The notes: generated by a model from the letters alone, not told the origin. Positions 38,199 to 51,123 are shown, counted from the whole stretch's first letter. The stretch: 63,908 bases of DNA, filler included, from Octopus bimaculoides (GCF_001194135.2; 9 parts of 9 records of this genome joined end to end with filler, not necessarily neighbours in it); one strand, 5' to 3'. Program-made: numbers and translations.

Positions 38199-38703
38199 CT
38201 GGTAACACAACAAATAAAATATAAAAGAAAAAAGAAAAAAATGGCATCAGACCTGAGCACTGTTAAGGAATGACACCACCATTTCACCTAACTGTTAGAC
38301 AAAATCCAAAATCCATAGCAGTGAAGTAAATGCCAGAACAGTTAAACAATAATTCAGTTGTCAGGTGTGAGGGTTAGAAAAATGATTTCACTAAATTCAA
38401 CAACAATATTAGAATAAAACAAAAGCATTAACTGTAAGCAAAATGAAATGATCTAAAGTTTCAAACTGATAAAAAAGTCTTTATTCATAAATGGGGGAAA
38501 AAGACATTAATGAAGGAAACAAATATATTTGTTAAATTTGAATTAATAACACACCTTATGCACTTACTCTAATTTTAATATGAACACTTTTGTTAATAGG
38601 AACAAGAACAATAAGGAAATAGCTGTGAAAGATTTAGCATAGTCTTCTAGTTAAAATATGCAGTGAACAAATTTTTTTCTTGAAAAGAATTCAAAATACT
38701 TAC

Positions 38704-38810
38704 GAAATAGTTCCAGTTGTAGTTGACCGAGTGTGTTTGCGTTGAGCCTTTATTTGGTTCAGTTTATCTCCTTGGGTACTAAGCTTACTTCTACTTTTTG
38801 AAGAATATTT
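38704..38810 (-). CDS. Internal exon of a minus-strand gene: KYSSKSRSKLSTQGDKLNQIKAQRKHTRSTTTGTI(S)
   Basis: Acceptor tttctatttctacccAG and donor TC|GTAAGT. 107 nt, phase 0/2, matching both neighbouring exons. Confidence 0.75.
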
Positions 38811-40160
38811 CTGGGTAGAAATAGAAACAAGATATTGTTGGTAATATCAATTTGACATAATCTGGATGACTAAATATACTGTGAAGTTGGAAAAGTGAAT
38901 AAGTAGTTCAGGTGTTGTGGAGAGGTGAATTTTAACATTTTCTATGGGTCTTTCATCAAGAAAGAAATGAAGGCTGACTTCTAAGACTATTTAGTATGGA
39001 CTATCTTTTTTAATAACAAAAAAAATTTCTTTTTTTAAAATTTTAATAACTGAAAATAAACTAGTTTACTTTTTTGAATCTTTATTTCAAGTTAATTCAT
39101 AATGTACAAGTTAAATACTAATAATTTCAATACACATTATTTCATAATAGAATTATTGCAAAAAAGAAAACCCAAAACTCCCTTATAAGAAATCACATTG
39201 GAGTTTGCTTTTCTACTTCCTTCCTTTTTCTTTTGGTTTGACATTTAGATGTAAAAACAATAATAAAAGTGTTGCCAGGATATATTGTTAGTATTTTTTT
39301 ATCAACCATGGGAAAATGTAAAGAGAAATTAACCTTAGTTAGATTTGAAATCAAAACCAATGCATTGATTTTACAAGATATCAAATTTGCCCTTCTATTT
39401 TGAAGGTATCTTTAAAATATTACTCTATTTTTATAGAAATAATGACCAATGTTTTTCTCCATAAAAAGAACAATTATAGAATGCAGAACATGGCATAAAA
39501 AGTGAAAAAGTTTGATAAAAAAATACAAATAATAAATTGATAGGTTCAAATATGCAAAGAAAGCAGCAAAAGTGGCAAAAATGAGAAAGCACCAGGCTAA
39601 AGTGCTTTTTCTAAAATTTAAACTTTTTTCAACTTTAACTTGCAAGCTTTTTCTGGTGTTAAGTACTTGGTATGTACTGATATCAATTCTCATCAGTATC
39701 CTTCCTCTAAACACTTGCATCCTCTATGGATGAAATCACTGTTGCTATGCGCCAATAATAACAGTCACTTTGCAGTTACTTGACCTTAGAAAAGGAATTT
39801 ATATAGGATAATGTAGTCTTGGATTAGATGATGTAATAAAAAGAGTGGATAATCACAGATGGATTACCTTTTATGATATATCTGCTGGATCTGGCTTCAA
39901 CTAGGTTTAAAGAACAATAACCAATAGTTTCAAATAAAAGTGTTGAAGCAACACAAATGGGAGAATTATGGACACAACATCCAGTTTTGTTGTACTAAAT
40001 GTGAGGAGCAGGTATGGTGTATGGTTAAGAAATTTGCTTCAGACCATTTCAAGTTCAGTTCCATTATGTAGCACTAATCAGTAAGTGACTTCTACTGTAG
40101 TCCTGGGCCAACTTCATGCTTGTAAGGACGATTTGATAAACAAAAACTGAAAGAACTCAT

Positions 40161-40206
<46 letters not shown>

Positions 40207-40676
40207 ATGCGTGTATGTGTAAGTGTGAGTGTGCATGTGAGAATGGTCTTCAAAAATCATTTCTGCTGGCTTTGCACTTTTGAAGACATGGAATAAGATG
40301 TCTTTCAGTTATAAAACAAGCAAGGGTTAGTGACTGGAAGGACACCCAGCTGTAAATCAATGTCTCAATAATATATTCATTCAACCCATGGTAGTATGGA
40401 AAAAAAAAAACAGATGCAAAAATTAAATGTAAAAATACTTACATTCCAAGTTCAAACTCTGCAAATGGCTATATTTGCTTTTCATTCCCTCTAGCATTCT
40501 AGTGTTGATAAAATAAATACCAGTTTTGCAATGATATTGATTCAAAATGGCTACACCCTTTCCTAATAACTTGTGCACTAAGAAGTCAATATTTCTCAAA
40601 CACAAGCTATACAGTAAGTTCATCCAAATCATACAAATTCCAGCCAGTATCCAATAAAAAAAGAAATACAACTAAC

Positions 40677-40875
40677 CTGATTTCCATTTTCATCATCTTC
40701 ATAAACATCAAGTGATTTGCTGTCGTTTTCAAAACCAGGTATACCAACATCATGTAGCTTCATACCATCAACAGCAGACATAATCTTGGAGACACAGTTA
40801 TTTTCATAAAGTTTGTCATAGTCTTTCACTTTACTACGATAAAGATCTCCTTGCAGCCACAACCAATCTTGTTTT
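40677..40875 (-). CDS. Internal exon of a minus-strand gene: KQDWLWLQGDLYRSKVKDYDKLYENNC...EDDENGNQ
   Basis: Strong acceptor ccttttttgttctttcttttAG and donor CAG|GTTAGT. Only one frame is open. Phase 2 in, phase 0 out. Confidence 0.75.
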
Positions 40876-40901
40876 CTAAAAGAAAGAACAAAAAAGGCAA
40901 A

Positions 40902-40940
<39 letters not shown>

Positions 40941-41120
40941 TTTTACTGGTTTCAGTCATTTGACTGTGGCCATGCTGGAGCACCACATTAGTAAGTCTAC
41001 ATTAATTCACATATTTGTTTTTTTGTGATTTACCTTGCATTTACTTCGCATTGTTTTGGCCTTACCCATGCTCCTTTATACAATATATTCTACACAATGC
41101 TTCACAGTAATTATTCGATT

Positions 41121-41213
<93 letters not shown>

Positions 41214-42289
41214 ATATGACCAACCATTTACCATTTGAAACAGCTGTAAAGATATGAATTATATCATGTAAATTGTACACAACTTTTTATATAAAAGGCA
41301 ATCCTTCCAATACCTGTTATCCTTTGTTTGTTTGTTTCCATACCCACTCGATTTCAATTGTTCACCTCGCTGACTTTTCAATCTTTGAACTATACCATCC
41401 TGATAAAGAAATTGAAGTTTACAATTCTGATCTCTCTGAGCACTATTTGGTGACTGTCGATGCCATGCTTAAACCAGCATTTTACATCCAGTAACTAACA
41501 CCTACCGATACAAACACCAGTTCACTCTAAGGTTATGTTGATCAGCTTACCTACTTATCTCATCTATTCCCCCCTCTCCTTCTGGAATGTGCCTCTGGTG
41601 TGTTTAAATTTGGTTGCTGCTTGTCTCTGACTTGTATTTCTTTTTTGTATGACTGACCATATATTAACAAAGATGCTGGCTCTATAAGCTACATTTAGTA
41701 ATTGCATCTATAATGTAATATCATGTGTTGCTGAATACTGTAATATATGTAACAATTGGAACAAATGAGTACCATGTATATAATTAAGTATCTAAGTCTT
41801 CTCCTACATCTGACTACAACAAAAATATGTAAACAATTACATCTTCAATGCAACTCTTTTCTCTATTTAAATTAGTTGGTATAAAAAATTCAATTGTTTA
41901 AATTAACTAATAATAATCTTCTATATTTATTATTTTGTCGTAGGGATGATTATGTAGTAGATATGAATAGAAACCTCTTTGTTTACTTAATCTATCACAA
42001 GGAGAATTCCGTAATTATTATATTTTAGGCTACAGCAATGGAAATCGAATTTACTAATTTTTTAGGGGTTACCAGATTTGAAGTTACTTAAAAAATGATT
42101 ATTATTTGCACACCATGGAAGGGAGAATTTAGTGAATTGATGGAAAACATCGATGCAAACCAAACAAGCAACAAGCAATGTTCCTGATANNNNNNNNNNN
42201 NNNNNNNNNNNNNNNNNNNNNNNNNNNNNNNNNTTAATTAATTAANNNNNNNNNNNNNNNNNNNNNNNNNNNNNNNNNNNNNNNNNNNN

Positions 42290-42320
<31 letters not shown>

Positions 42321-43583
42321 CACACATACATATATTTATATATATATATATGATATATATATCAATGAATGTGTATGTCTGTGTGTGTATGTCAAAGTTA
42401 ATATGTATATGTGTGTATATGTGTATATACATGTAAATACCTGTATATTAATATATATATATATACACATATTATATATATGCATATATATATCTGTGTG
42501 TATGTGTGCGCGCGTGTGTGTGTAGAACACTTCATGGTTTCACAGCCAGATATCGCTATACAATTTGTTCACGTTTCCTTCTTCGATACGATTATAACAT
42601 TGATAAGGAGAAAATTGCATCTTATTTTTATTTATATGTGTATATGTGCGTATATAAATGTGCACATATATTTGTTATTTGTGCGTGTGTCCAAGCCTCT
42701 ATATACATACATACATACATTGTTAATATATACATACATGGATATATATGTGTATGCATGTATATATATATACATACATACATATATATATTCTACTAGA
42801 TCCTCGGGCCGACCAAAGCCTTGTGAGTGGACTTGGTAGACGGAAATTGAAAGAAGCCCGTCGTATATANNNNNNNNNNNNNNNNNNNNNNNNNNNNNNN
42901 NNNNNNNNNNNNNNNNNNNNNNNNNNNNNNNNNNNNNNNNNNNNNNNNNNNNNNNNNNNNNNNNNNNNNNNNNNNNNNNNNNNNNNNNNNNNNNNNNNNN
43001 NNNNNNNNNNNNNNNNNNNNNNNNNNNNNNNNNNNNNNNNNNNNNNNNNNNNNNNNNNNNNNNNNNNNNNNNNNNNNNNNNNNNNNNNNNNNNNNNNNNN
43101 NNNNNNNNNNNNNNNNNNNNNNNNNNNNNNNNNNNNNNNNNNNNNNNNNNNNNNNNNNNNNNNNNNNNNNNNNNNNNNNNNNNNNNNNNNNNNNNNNNNN
43201 NNNNNNNNNNNNNNNNNNNNNNNNNNNNNNNNNNNNNNNNNNNNNNNNNNNNNNNNNNNNNNNNNNNNNNNNNNNNNNNNNNNNNNNNNNNNNNNNNNNN
43301 NNNNNNNNNNNNNNNNNNNNNNNNNNNNNNNNNNNNNNNNNNNNNNNNNNNNNNNNNNNNNNNNNNNNNNNNNNNNNNNNNNNNNNNNNNNNNNNNNNNN
43401 NNNNNNNNNNNNNNNNNNNNNNNNNNNNNNNNNNNNNNNNNNNNNNNNNNNNNNNNNNNNNNNNNNNNNNNNNNNNNNNNNNNNNNNNNNNNNNNNNNNN
43501 NNNNNNNNNNNNNNNNNNNNNNNNNNNNNNNNNNNNNNNNNNNNNNNNNNNNNNNNNNNNNNNNNNNNNNNNNNNNNNNNNNN

Positions 43584-43878
43584 TATATAAGTATATATAT
43601 GCTTATATATATATACATATATAAATGTAGATATATATACGTATATGCATATATATATATACGTATATATATATGCATATATACCTATATATGCAAATAT
43701 ATACGTATATACATATATATGTATGTATATATATGTATATATATATCTGTATATATATGTATACATATATATATGCATATATATACATGTATACATATAT
43801 ATATGTATGCATGTATACATATATATATGTATGCATGTATACATATACATATATATGTATACATATATATATATGTAT

Positions 43879-43910
<32 letters not shown>

Positions 43911-44045
43911 GCATTTTATAAAAGATACATACACTCAAACACACACACACACATATATATATATGTATGCATGCATATATATACATTCATGTACATGCAC
44001 ACACATAGACACAAGCACACACGCAAGCCTTTATACATATATGTA
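43584..44045. repeat. Degenerate (AT)/(ATAC) microsatellite field (similar fields at 4270-4603, 42290-42800, 53390-53660, 54625-54860, 55590-55850 and 56700-57310)
   Basis: Direct reading. These fields are the source of the Y/I/C/V/H-rich ORFs. Confidence 0.92.
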
Positions 44046-44367
44046 TTTGAAAGTAAGGTTTGTTATTTGTTCTATATGTTCCATATTTGCTTGCTAATAT
44101 TTCGTGTTTATTTATAAATGTTGTTGTCAATCTGACTGAGTGTTCATCAAGAATGTTAACCACGATCAGCTATAAGAATCCTTCCGGTTTTCTTATCCAC
44201 GGACAATTCGTCTATTCTTGTCTCCGTTTTTATCCTCTTGTATATTCAGTTCTGAATATGTCTACGAGGGAAATGTTTTTCCTTTAGTATGAAGAGGATA
44301 AATGGGAGATGAAGGGAGGAGGATAAAAGGCTGTATGAGAGGATAAATAAATAAATAGGTAGGTACA

Positions 44368-44401
<34 letters not shown>

Positions 44402-44415
44402 AATATATATATATA

Positions 44416-44474
<59 letters not shown>

Positions 44475-44484
44475 NNNNNNNNNN

Positions 44485-44533
<49 letters not shown>

Positions 44534-44721
44534 AAGGGAGAGAGAGATAAAGAGAGAGAGGCAAATAGATAGATAGGCAGGCAGAGAAATAGATAGACAG
44601 ATAGACAGATAGACAGACAAATAGACAGAGAGGTAGACAGATGAGTTTCTTTATTATCCACACAGGTCCGAACACAGATGGGATAAAATACAAGATAGAC
44701 AGGCAGATAGATCGATCGATC

Positions 44722-44776
<55 letters not shown>

Positions 44777-45310
44777 CGATAGATAGGTAGATTGATAGGT
44801 AGACATGGATAGACAAACAGACAGACGGATACATATATAGGCAGACAGATAGATAGACAGACAGAAAGAGGGAGATAGATAAATAAATGGATAAATGAAT
44901 GCAAATAGGTTGGTCAATAAAGAGATTGATGAAAGGATAGATAGATAAGTAGGTACGTAGGTAGGTTGATAGATAGATAGATAAAAAAGAACGTTGGTCA
45001 ATAGATGGATGGTTGTCTATTTATTTAGTTAGTTACTTAGAGAGATGGACAGATGGAGAAATAGATGAATTTATAGACGGATATTTAGATAAAGAAGTAG
45101 ATATTTAGATAGAAGTTATATAGATAAATAGACATATAGATAGATTGTTAGATAGAAAGATAAATAGATAGGTAGACATACAGACATGTAGACAAGTAAA
45201 TAAATATGTAGATGGATAGAGAGATAGAGATATAGATGGATAAATTAGAAAGATAGATAGATAGATAGATAGGTAGATAGATATATAAATAGATAGATAA
45301 ATAGATACAA
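44485..45310. repeat. (GA)n then degenerate (GATA/GACA)n microsatellite array
   Basis: Direct reading: long perfect GATA run near 44720-44775 decaying on both sides. Confidence 0.92.
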
Positions 45311-45539
45311 GGTCAAGCGTACAACCAGGCAGGGAAATAGCTCAGTGTACACATAGGATGGGTAGACATTATACTGGGATTGTTGAGTGATAAATATCCA
45401 CAATCAGATGAGTGGATAGGTAAATACATAGAAGAATGGCCGAACGATATTTAAATCGAAACAAATAAAGATTTGGTATATACATAGAAACACAATCTGT
45501 GTGAGTGAGTGTGTGTTTGTGTGTGTTTATCTATAGCGA

Positions 45540-45820
45540 TCTCCTCGAGGAAAATCCGGAGGAGACAAAATCTTTCGCACGGTAAGTGACTCTCTGTTCC
45601 TATCGTTAGTGTTTATATGCACACATCATTATGCTCAAGATTGGTTCTGTGAATGTGCGTGGCTTGGGGTCCCCTTGGAAACAAGGATACCTCTTAAACG
45701 ACATAATGTCACATGAATTAGAATTCATAGCCATAAGTGAGACCAGACTCCATGAGTCGCGGGCCCGAAAGTCCATGTTTGGCAGACAGTTTAACATTTA
45801 TTTTTCTCCGTCTGCCGAGA
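45540..45820 (+). mobile_element. L1/Tx1-like LINE: start of ORF2 endonuclease, cut by a gap
   Basis: ATG at 45631, MLKIGSVNVRGL...FIAISETR (APE N-terminal motifs), open until the gap. Confidence 0.72.
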
Positions 45821-45864
45821 NNNNNNNNNNNNNNNNNNNNNNNNNNNNNNNNNNNNNNNNNNNN

Positions 45865-45876
45865 TTAATTAATTAA
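45865..45876. other. Assembly spacer TTAATTAATTAA inside a 100-nt N gap (also 28031, 42234, 50371, 54479, 58198, 60369, 62698)
   Basis: The identical palindromic 12-mer has stops in all six frames and is centred in N runs eight times. It is not biological sequence. Confidence 0.95.
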
Positions 45877-45920
45877 NNNNNNNNNNNNNNNNNNNNNNNN
45901 NNNNNNNNNNNNNNNNNNNN

Positions 45921-46873
45921 TAATGAATTCAGATTTTATTCTATTATCTTCCCAGTCAAAGACGTATATGGTCCTACCAAACATTTCTACACCTATAAGT
46001 GTAGAATGTTCCAAGTAAGAAACCAAGATTAATCCTAACTGAATTCTTTTGATTTTAAAACTTAAAGGGTTGATAATAAGAATCATTTTTCGGAAGGGGA
46101 GGGTGGCCAGAACTGTGTCTTGACTGATTCTGGTGAAATCAGTGACAGACGATGGGCAATGAACATCATTTCTGTCACCGTCTCTTGTCATACAACATAT
46201 TGTCATACAATGGCGGGAATTTGTAACAATCCCCCCTTGTATCACAACAATATTGGATATTGGGTTGCTTAAGTCTTCACCAGATTCATTCATCTTTGCT
46301 TCCCTGGTCAAAACTGGAGAAAGAGGCCAGAATTTGTTGATTATTTTCGGTGGTTCAATTGTTTTGTGTTTGTCTTGTAAAACATTTGTCTTTAAATAGT
46401 TGTCCAAAAACAATTCAAGATTTCCAAAAATAACACAATCTTTACTGTAATCATATTGCTTAATGTCACTCTGAAAAATTTCTATTCTCTTTCTAAAATC
46501 TTTTAGAAAAGTATTTTCATCCATTCCTATACTTTTTAAAAAAGTACATATTTCTTTCCGAGAATTTATCAACAAATTAATTTTGTCTTCATATGCATTA
46601 AATCTTGTATAAAATATGTGTTTGTCCAAAATATTTCGTCTTCGCATTATTTCCCTCTTTTCATGGTCTCCTTTTTGTCTTTTTTGTTTTGTTGTTGACT
46701 GAGATGAAGCTCGTTCCTCTGACATTTCTCTCTTTGAACCATCATCTCTCTCATATTTACACCTTTTCTTCTCAACTCCTTCTTCATCCCATTTTGGTGT
46801 CGAGTCCCTTAAAGCTCTTTTCTGAGGGGCAAGGCTTCTTGAAGTGTTTCCTCTTTGGCCTTCCATAGTGAAT
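45921..46873 (-). CDS. Large exon of an uncharacterised gene: charged low-complexity N-part, helical/coiled-coil middle, beta-propeller-like C-part; runs into an assembly gap
   Basis: Acceptor ttcattgcAG (46875-46874), ATG at 46866, open frame of 315 codons to the gap in AT-rich surroundings. SSVTDFTRISQDTVLATLPFRKMILIINP resembles by eye the NHL/SGL-like repeats of mollusc TRIM-like proteins. Confidence 0.75.
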
Positions 46874-47221
46874 CTGCAATGAAATATAAGGAAAACATTT
46901 AACTTTGTGAAAATATTCAAGTTTCAGGGAAATGATGTTTACTTGATTAATTTAAATACACTAGCGAAACATCTCTGTATTTCTGCCAGTGTATTAGCTT
47001 GCCTAATTAACATGCAAGCCAACTTGAATTTAATTAAATGTAAGCCATGATCACATTAATTAAATTCCTTCAAATAATTTTTGCATAGTTTAATGAAATA
47101 TAAACTTTGTTATATCCTGTAAAAATAACTGAAAATGCAGATACATTTTATTGTATAATGACCTGTTGAGCCAAGTAAAACCAATACAGTCGCTGGGGCC
47201 AGTGCCCTCTGATTGGCTCCC

Positions 47222-47378
47222 GTGCTGGTGGCACATAAAAAGCACCATCCGAACATGGTTGATGCCAGGTCCGCTTGACTGGCCCCTGTGCTGGTGGCAC
47301 GTAAAAAGCACCATCCGAACATGGTTGATGCCAGGTCCGCTTGACTGGCCCCTGTGCTGGTGGCACGTAAAAAGCACC
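47222..47378 (+). repeat. 66-bp tandem repeat (2.4 copies) at the 5' end of a family B SINE
   Basis: GTGCTGGTGGCAC starts at 47222, 47288 and 47354 with near-identical intervening sequence. Confidence 0.92.
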
Positions 47379-48053
47379 TACTACACTCTTGGAATGACTG
47401 GCATTAGGAAGGGCATCCAGCTGTAGAAACATTGCCAAACCAGATTGGAGCCTGGTGCAGCTGCTGGCTGTCCAGACCTCAGTCAAACTTAACTTTAACT
47501 TTGTAGTGTCTGGGGAGACTCATACTATGTTAATATCTAACACACTCACCAGTTCAATTTCCACTCATTTTTTTTTTACTTATTTTGTGTCTTCCAAAAA
47601 TTTTAGTTGCTTTTGCAAACTTGTCAATAGATGTCGACTCTGTCCACTATCAGAGCTGCGTTCCTCTTATCCAGTAACACTATGGTCAAAGATATTCTAA
47701 CGATGACCCTCTCATAGTTTTCATCCGTAATATTAAATGGCAAAACGAATCTCTGTGTGTCAGCGTGTCACACTTTGATCCTCTCTCTCACTATTCAGTG
47801 ACACTTCTACTATTCCTAGTGATGAGTTGAGAATAGTAGTAGTAGGCATAGAGCTGGTAGTAGATGAATGATTGTGATGGTAAAGGGGTGATAGTAATAG
47901 TATGAGCTGTAGTTGTGATAGAGGTGGAGGCAACAGTGATGGAGGTGGTGGTGGTGGTGGTGGTAGCAGAGCAGTCAGGGATGACAGTGACAGTAAGCTA
48001 CAGTAAGACAGTGGTGATGGTGGTGGTACTGGTGATGGAGGAAAACAATCAAC

Positions 48054-48100
<47 letters not shown>

Positions 48101-49479
48101 AGAGGGGAGGGAGGGAGAAAGAAAGAAGTTAGACAGAAAGAAAATTAAACTGACTCCTGAATGCGAAGACAAAAAATCTTGTTTATTATTCAGCTTTGCA
48201 AATGAGTTCCAAATCGACAAATTATATCACTGTTCTGATGAAAATTGTTCATTGCATGAAAAATATTGGTCAAGTTTAATCAAATTTAATATGAAGTGTC
48301 GTGTCCTTGTTGGGCCCAAGGCCCAATGAAGAGCCGCCCTCCATAGGAACTAGCTTAGAAGCTGCCAAATCAAGTCGCTTTTATGTTACTTACTTAATAC
48401 ATTTAGTTCATGTAGTAGTTTAGAAACTTCATTGTTGGTTGGTAATAAAGCTTATAATATTTCCAGAGAATGTTAAATAATTCTCAAAAGCCATCCGTTT
48501 GATAGATAATATTCAAAATTGTTAGAAAACATATTAAAATGTTAATGTCGGACAAACATGGGGTGAGATAAAAAAATATATGTTGTCACTAAATTGTTTA
48601 ATATTTAAACAATTCTTCTTGTTTAGTTTAAGATATAAATAGAAATCAAATTACGAGAACAATTAACAATTACATTTGTACTAAAATAAAAGTCAGTTTA
48701 AACAAGTTTACTGTTTGGAAGAAAAATCTGTAGGGCGAAATACCTTGTGGTAGTTATTCTGACTCACCAATGAGGTCGACTTTGATTTTCATCCTAAAGA
48801 GGTCAATTAATGAGATACTAATCTAAGGTGGTGGTAGACAGAAACTGAAAGAAGCCTGTCGTATATATGTATATGTATATATGTGTGTGTGTGTGTTTGT
48901 GTGTCTGTGTTTGTCCCCCAACATCGCTTGACAACCAATGCTGGTGTGTTTACGTCCCCGTAACTTAGCGGTTCGGCAAACAGAGACCGATAGAATAAGT
49001 ACTAGGCTTACAAAGAATAAGTACCGGGGTTGATTTTCTCGACTAAAGGCGGTGCTCCAGCATGGCCGCACTCAAATGACTGAAACAAGTAAAAGAGTAA
49101 AAGAGTCTTACATAATATTATCTGAAAATTAGTAAATTTTCAGTATATTAATATATTCATGTTGGAAATAGCTTTAATGAATCTTTAACAATGCAAATGC
49201 ATTAAGTAAATTGNNNNNNNNNNNNNNNNNNNNNNNNNNNNNNNNNNNNNNNNNNNNNNNNNNNNNNNNNNNNNNNNNNNNNNNNNNNNNNNNNNNNNNN
49301 NNNNNNNNNNNNNNNNNNNNNNNNNNNNNNNNNNNNNNNNNNNNNNNNNNNNNNNNNNNNNNNNNNNNNNNNNNNNNNNNNNNNNNNNNNNNNNNNNNNN
49401 NNNNNNNNNNNNNNNNNNNNNNNNNNNNNNNNNNNNNNNNNNNNNNNNNNNNNNNNNNNNNNNNNNNNNNNNNNNNNNA

Positions 49480-49700
49480 TTTCGAGCGTGGCCGTTTTCG
49501 TGCGGGTGACACGTAAAAGCACCCACTACACTCTCTGAGTGGTTGGCGTTAGGAAGGGCATCCAGCTGTAGAAACTCTGCCAAATCAGACTGGAGCCTGG
49601 TGTTGCCATCCGGTTTCACCAGTCCTCAGTCAAATCGTCCAACCCATGCTAGCATGGAAAGCGGACGTTAAACGATGATGATGATGATGATGATGATGAT
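49480..49700 (+). mobile_element. SINE family B, sharing the RTE 3' tail and (GAT)n end
   Basis: CACGTAAAAGCACC...GGAAGGGCATCCAGC...CCAACCCATGCTAGCATGGAAAGCGGACGTTAAAC(GAT)n. Other copies at 1-62, 6302-6540, 9385-9590, 17251-17538(-), 19700-19925, 20030-20400(-), 21420-21520, 27770-27860 and 47190-47490. Confidence 0.82.
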
Positions 49701-50833
49701 TATAGTGATATTTACCAGTCAATGATCGTGTTTCACTTCCAACCTGGGGTCTTTCTACCTCAACGGGATTTTGTGAGTTCAACTTGTCGAAGGAGTGGGA
49801 ACGATGCGACTTGTACAATTGTTGGTGTCACAATTGTACCTTTGCCAGCGAGAAGCTCATAGGAACATGGGTGTTACGTTGCCTGTGTCTTTGTATGTAT
49901 GTATATGTTGTAAAGTGTATGTATGTGTGTGTTTCAATTACAGATGGGTGTTATGTATGTCATGTGTGTATGTATGTATATATGTCAATCAATTTCCATA
50001 CCATTCAGGTACATCAAGTTTCTCATGACTGCGTATACAATATACATCTCACCCTCACATCCTATACACATCTATGTTCTTTCTTTCTCTTTTCCTTTTT
50101 GTGATCTCCAATATCACCACCATCACTACCACCACCACCACTACTGCCATGACAACAACAATCACCACCACCACCACCTAATCACTCAACCGGTTTTTTT
50201 CATGATGTTTAATATTCGTTAACTACTACTTTTGTAATTGGTTTGACCTCAATTTCTTTATATGAACACAATACAATTGGAATGTTTTAATACATACATA
50301 TACATATATATATATATATATATATANNNNNNNNNNNNNNNNNNNNNNNNNNNNNNNNNNNNNNNNNNNNTTAATTAATTAANNNNNNNNNNNNNNNNNN
50401 NNNNNNNNNNNNNNNNNNNNNNNNNNGCTCCCCAGTCTTTGATGTTGTTGTTAATGTTTAACCCCAGGTCAAACCTGATCGAGCAAACCTAACATTACGT
50501 TCGTCACCAGCAGAATTTTGTCCTACGGAAGTGTCTGACGATTTTTAGACGTTTTGAACCAGTGTTTCTCAACCATTTTTTTTGTTTTTTTTTTTTACCT
50601 ATGGACTCTTTTGATCCCTATTTTACTCCACTGGACCCGATGTTTAAAAAAAAAAAATGACCCGTTATTAGGAATTGTATTTTTTTTATCTTTTACTTGT
50701 TTCAGCCGTTAGACTGCGGCCATGCTGGAGCACCGCCTTGAAAAGTTTTTAGTCGAAGGTATCGCCTGGTACTTATTCTATCGATTCTTTTACCGAACTG
50801 CTAAGTTACGTGGGACATAAGCCGAATGCAATT

Positions 50834-50887
<54 letters not shown>

Positions 50888-51123
50888 ATCAGATGGTAGT
50901 TCTTCGAAGGTCACCAATAAAACAAGAACATTTGATGCTTTCCCCGCTAAATTAACAGCTCTAACCTTACTCCTCCAGATTCTCCAGGCAATAAATTTCA
51001 ACGACACCATATACAGCATAATGACCGTCTCACAATCAACATAATTAACAACACGGGAATAATGAGTGGTTGAAGACGATGAAGCGCTGTTGAGAATGTG
51101 TTATAATTACTTAAAAGATAATA

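Noticed and set aside
38034-38273. Plus-strand 79-aa ORF
   Set aside because: It is the antisense shadow of the minus-strand exon, which has the splice signals.
39412-39720. 102-aa hydrophobic minus-strand ORF as a membrane-protein exon
   Set aside because: Hydrophobicity follows T-rich intronic composition and there is no convincing donor. It cannot be joined to the downstream exons.
41273-41594. Plus-strand 73-aa ORF (41273-41494) and a minus-strand 44-nt exon candidate (41594-41551, donor AG|GTAAGC, phase 2)
   Set aside because: The plus ORF has no homology cue. The minus candidate fits the phase of exon 40875 but has a weak acceptor. Left uncalled pending RNA data.
47222-47378. 66-bp repeats as a CRISPR-like array
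   Set aside because: Units are contiguous and near-identical with no unique spacers, the context is eukaryotic, and no cas genes are present.
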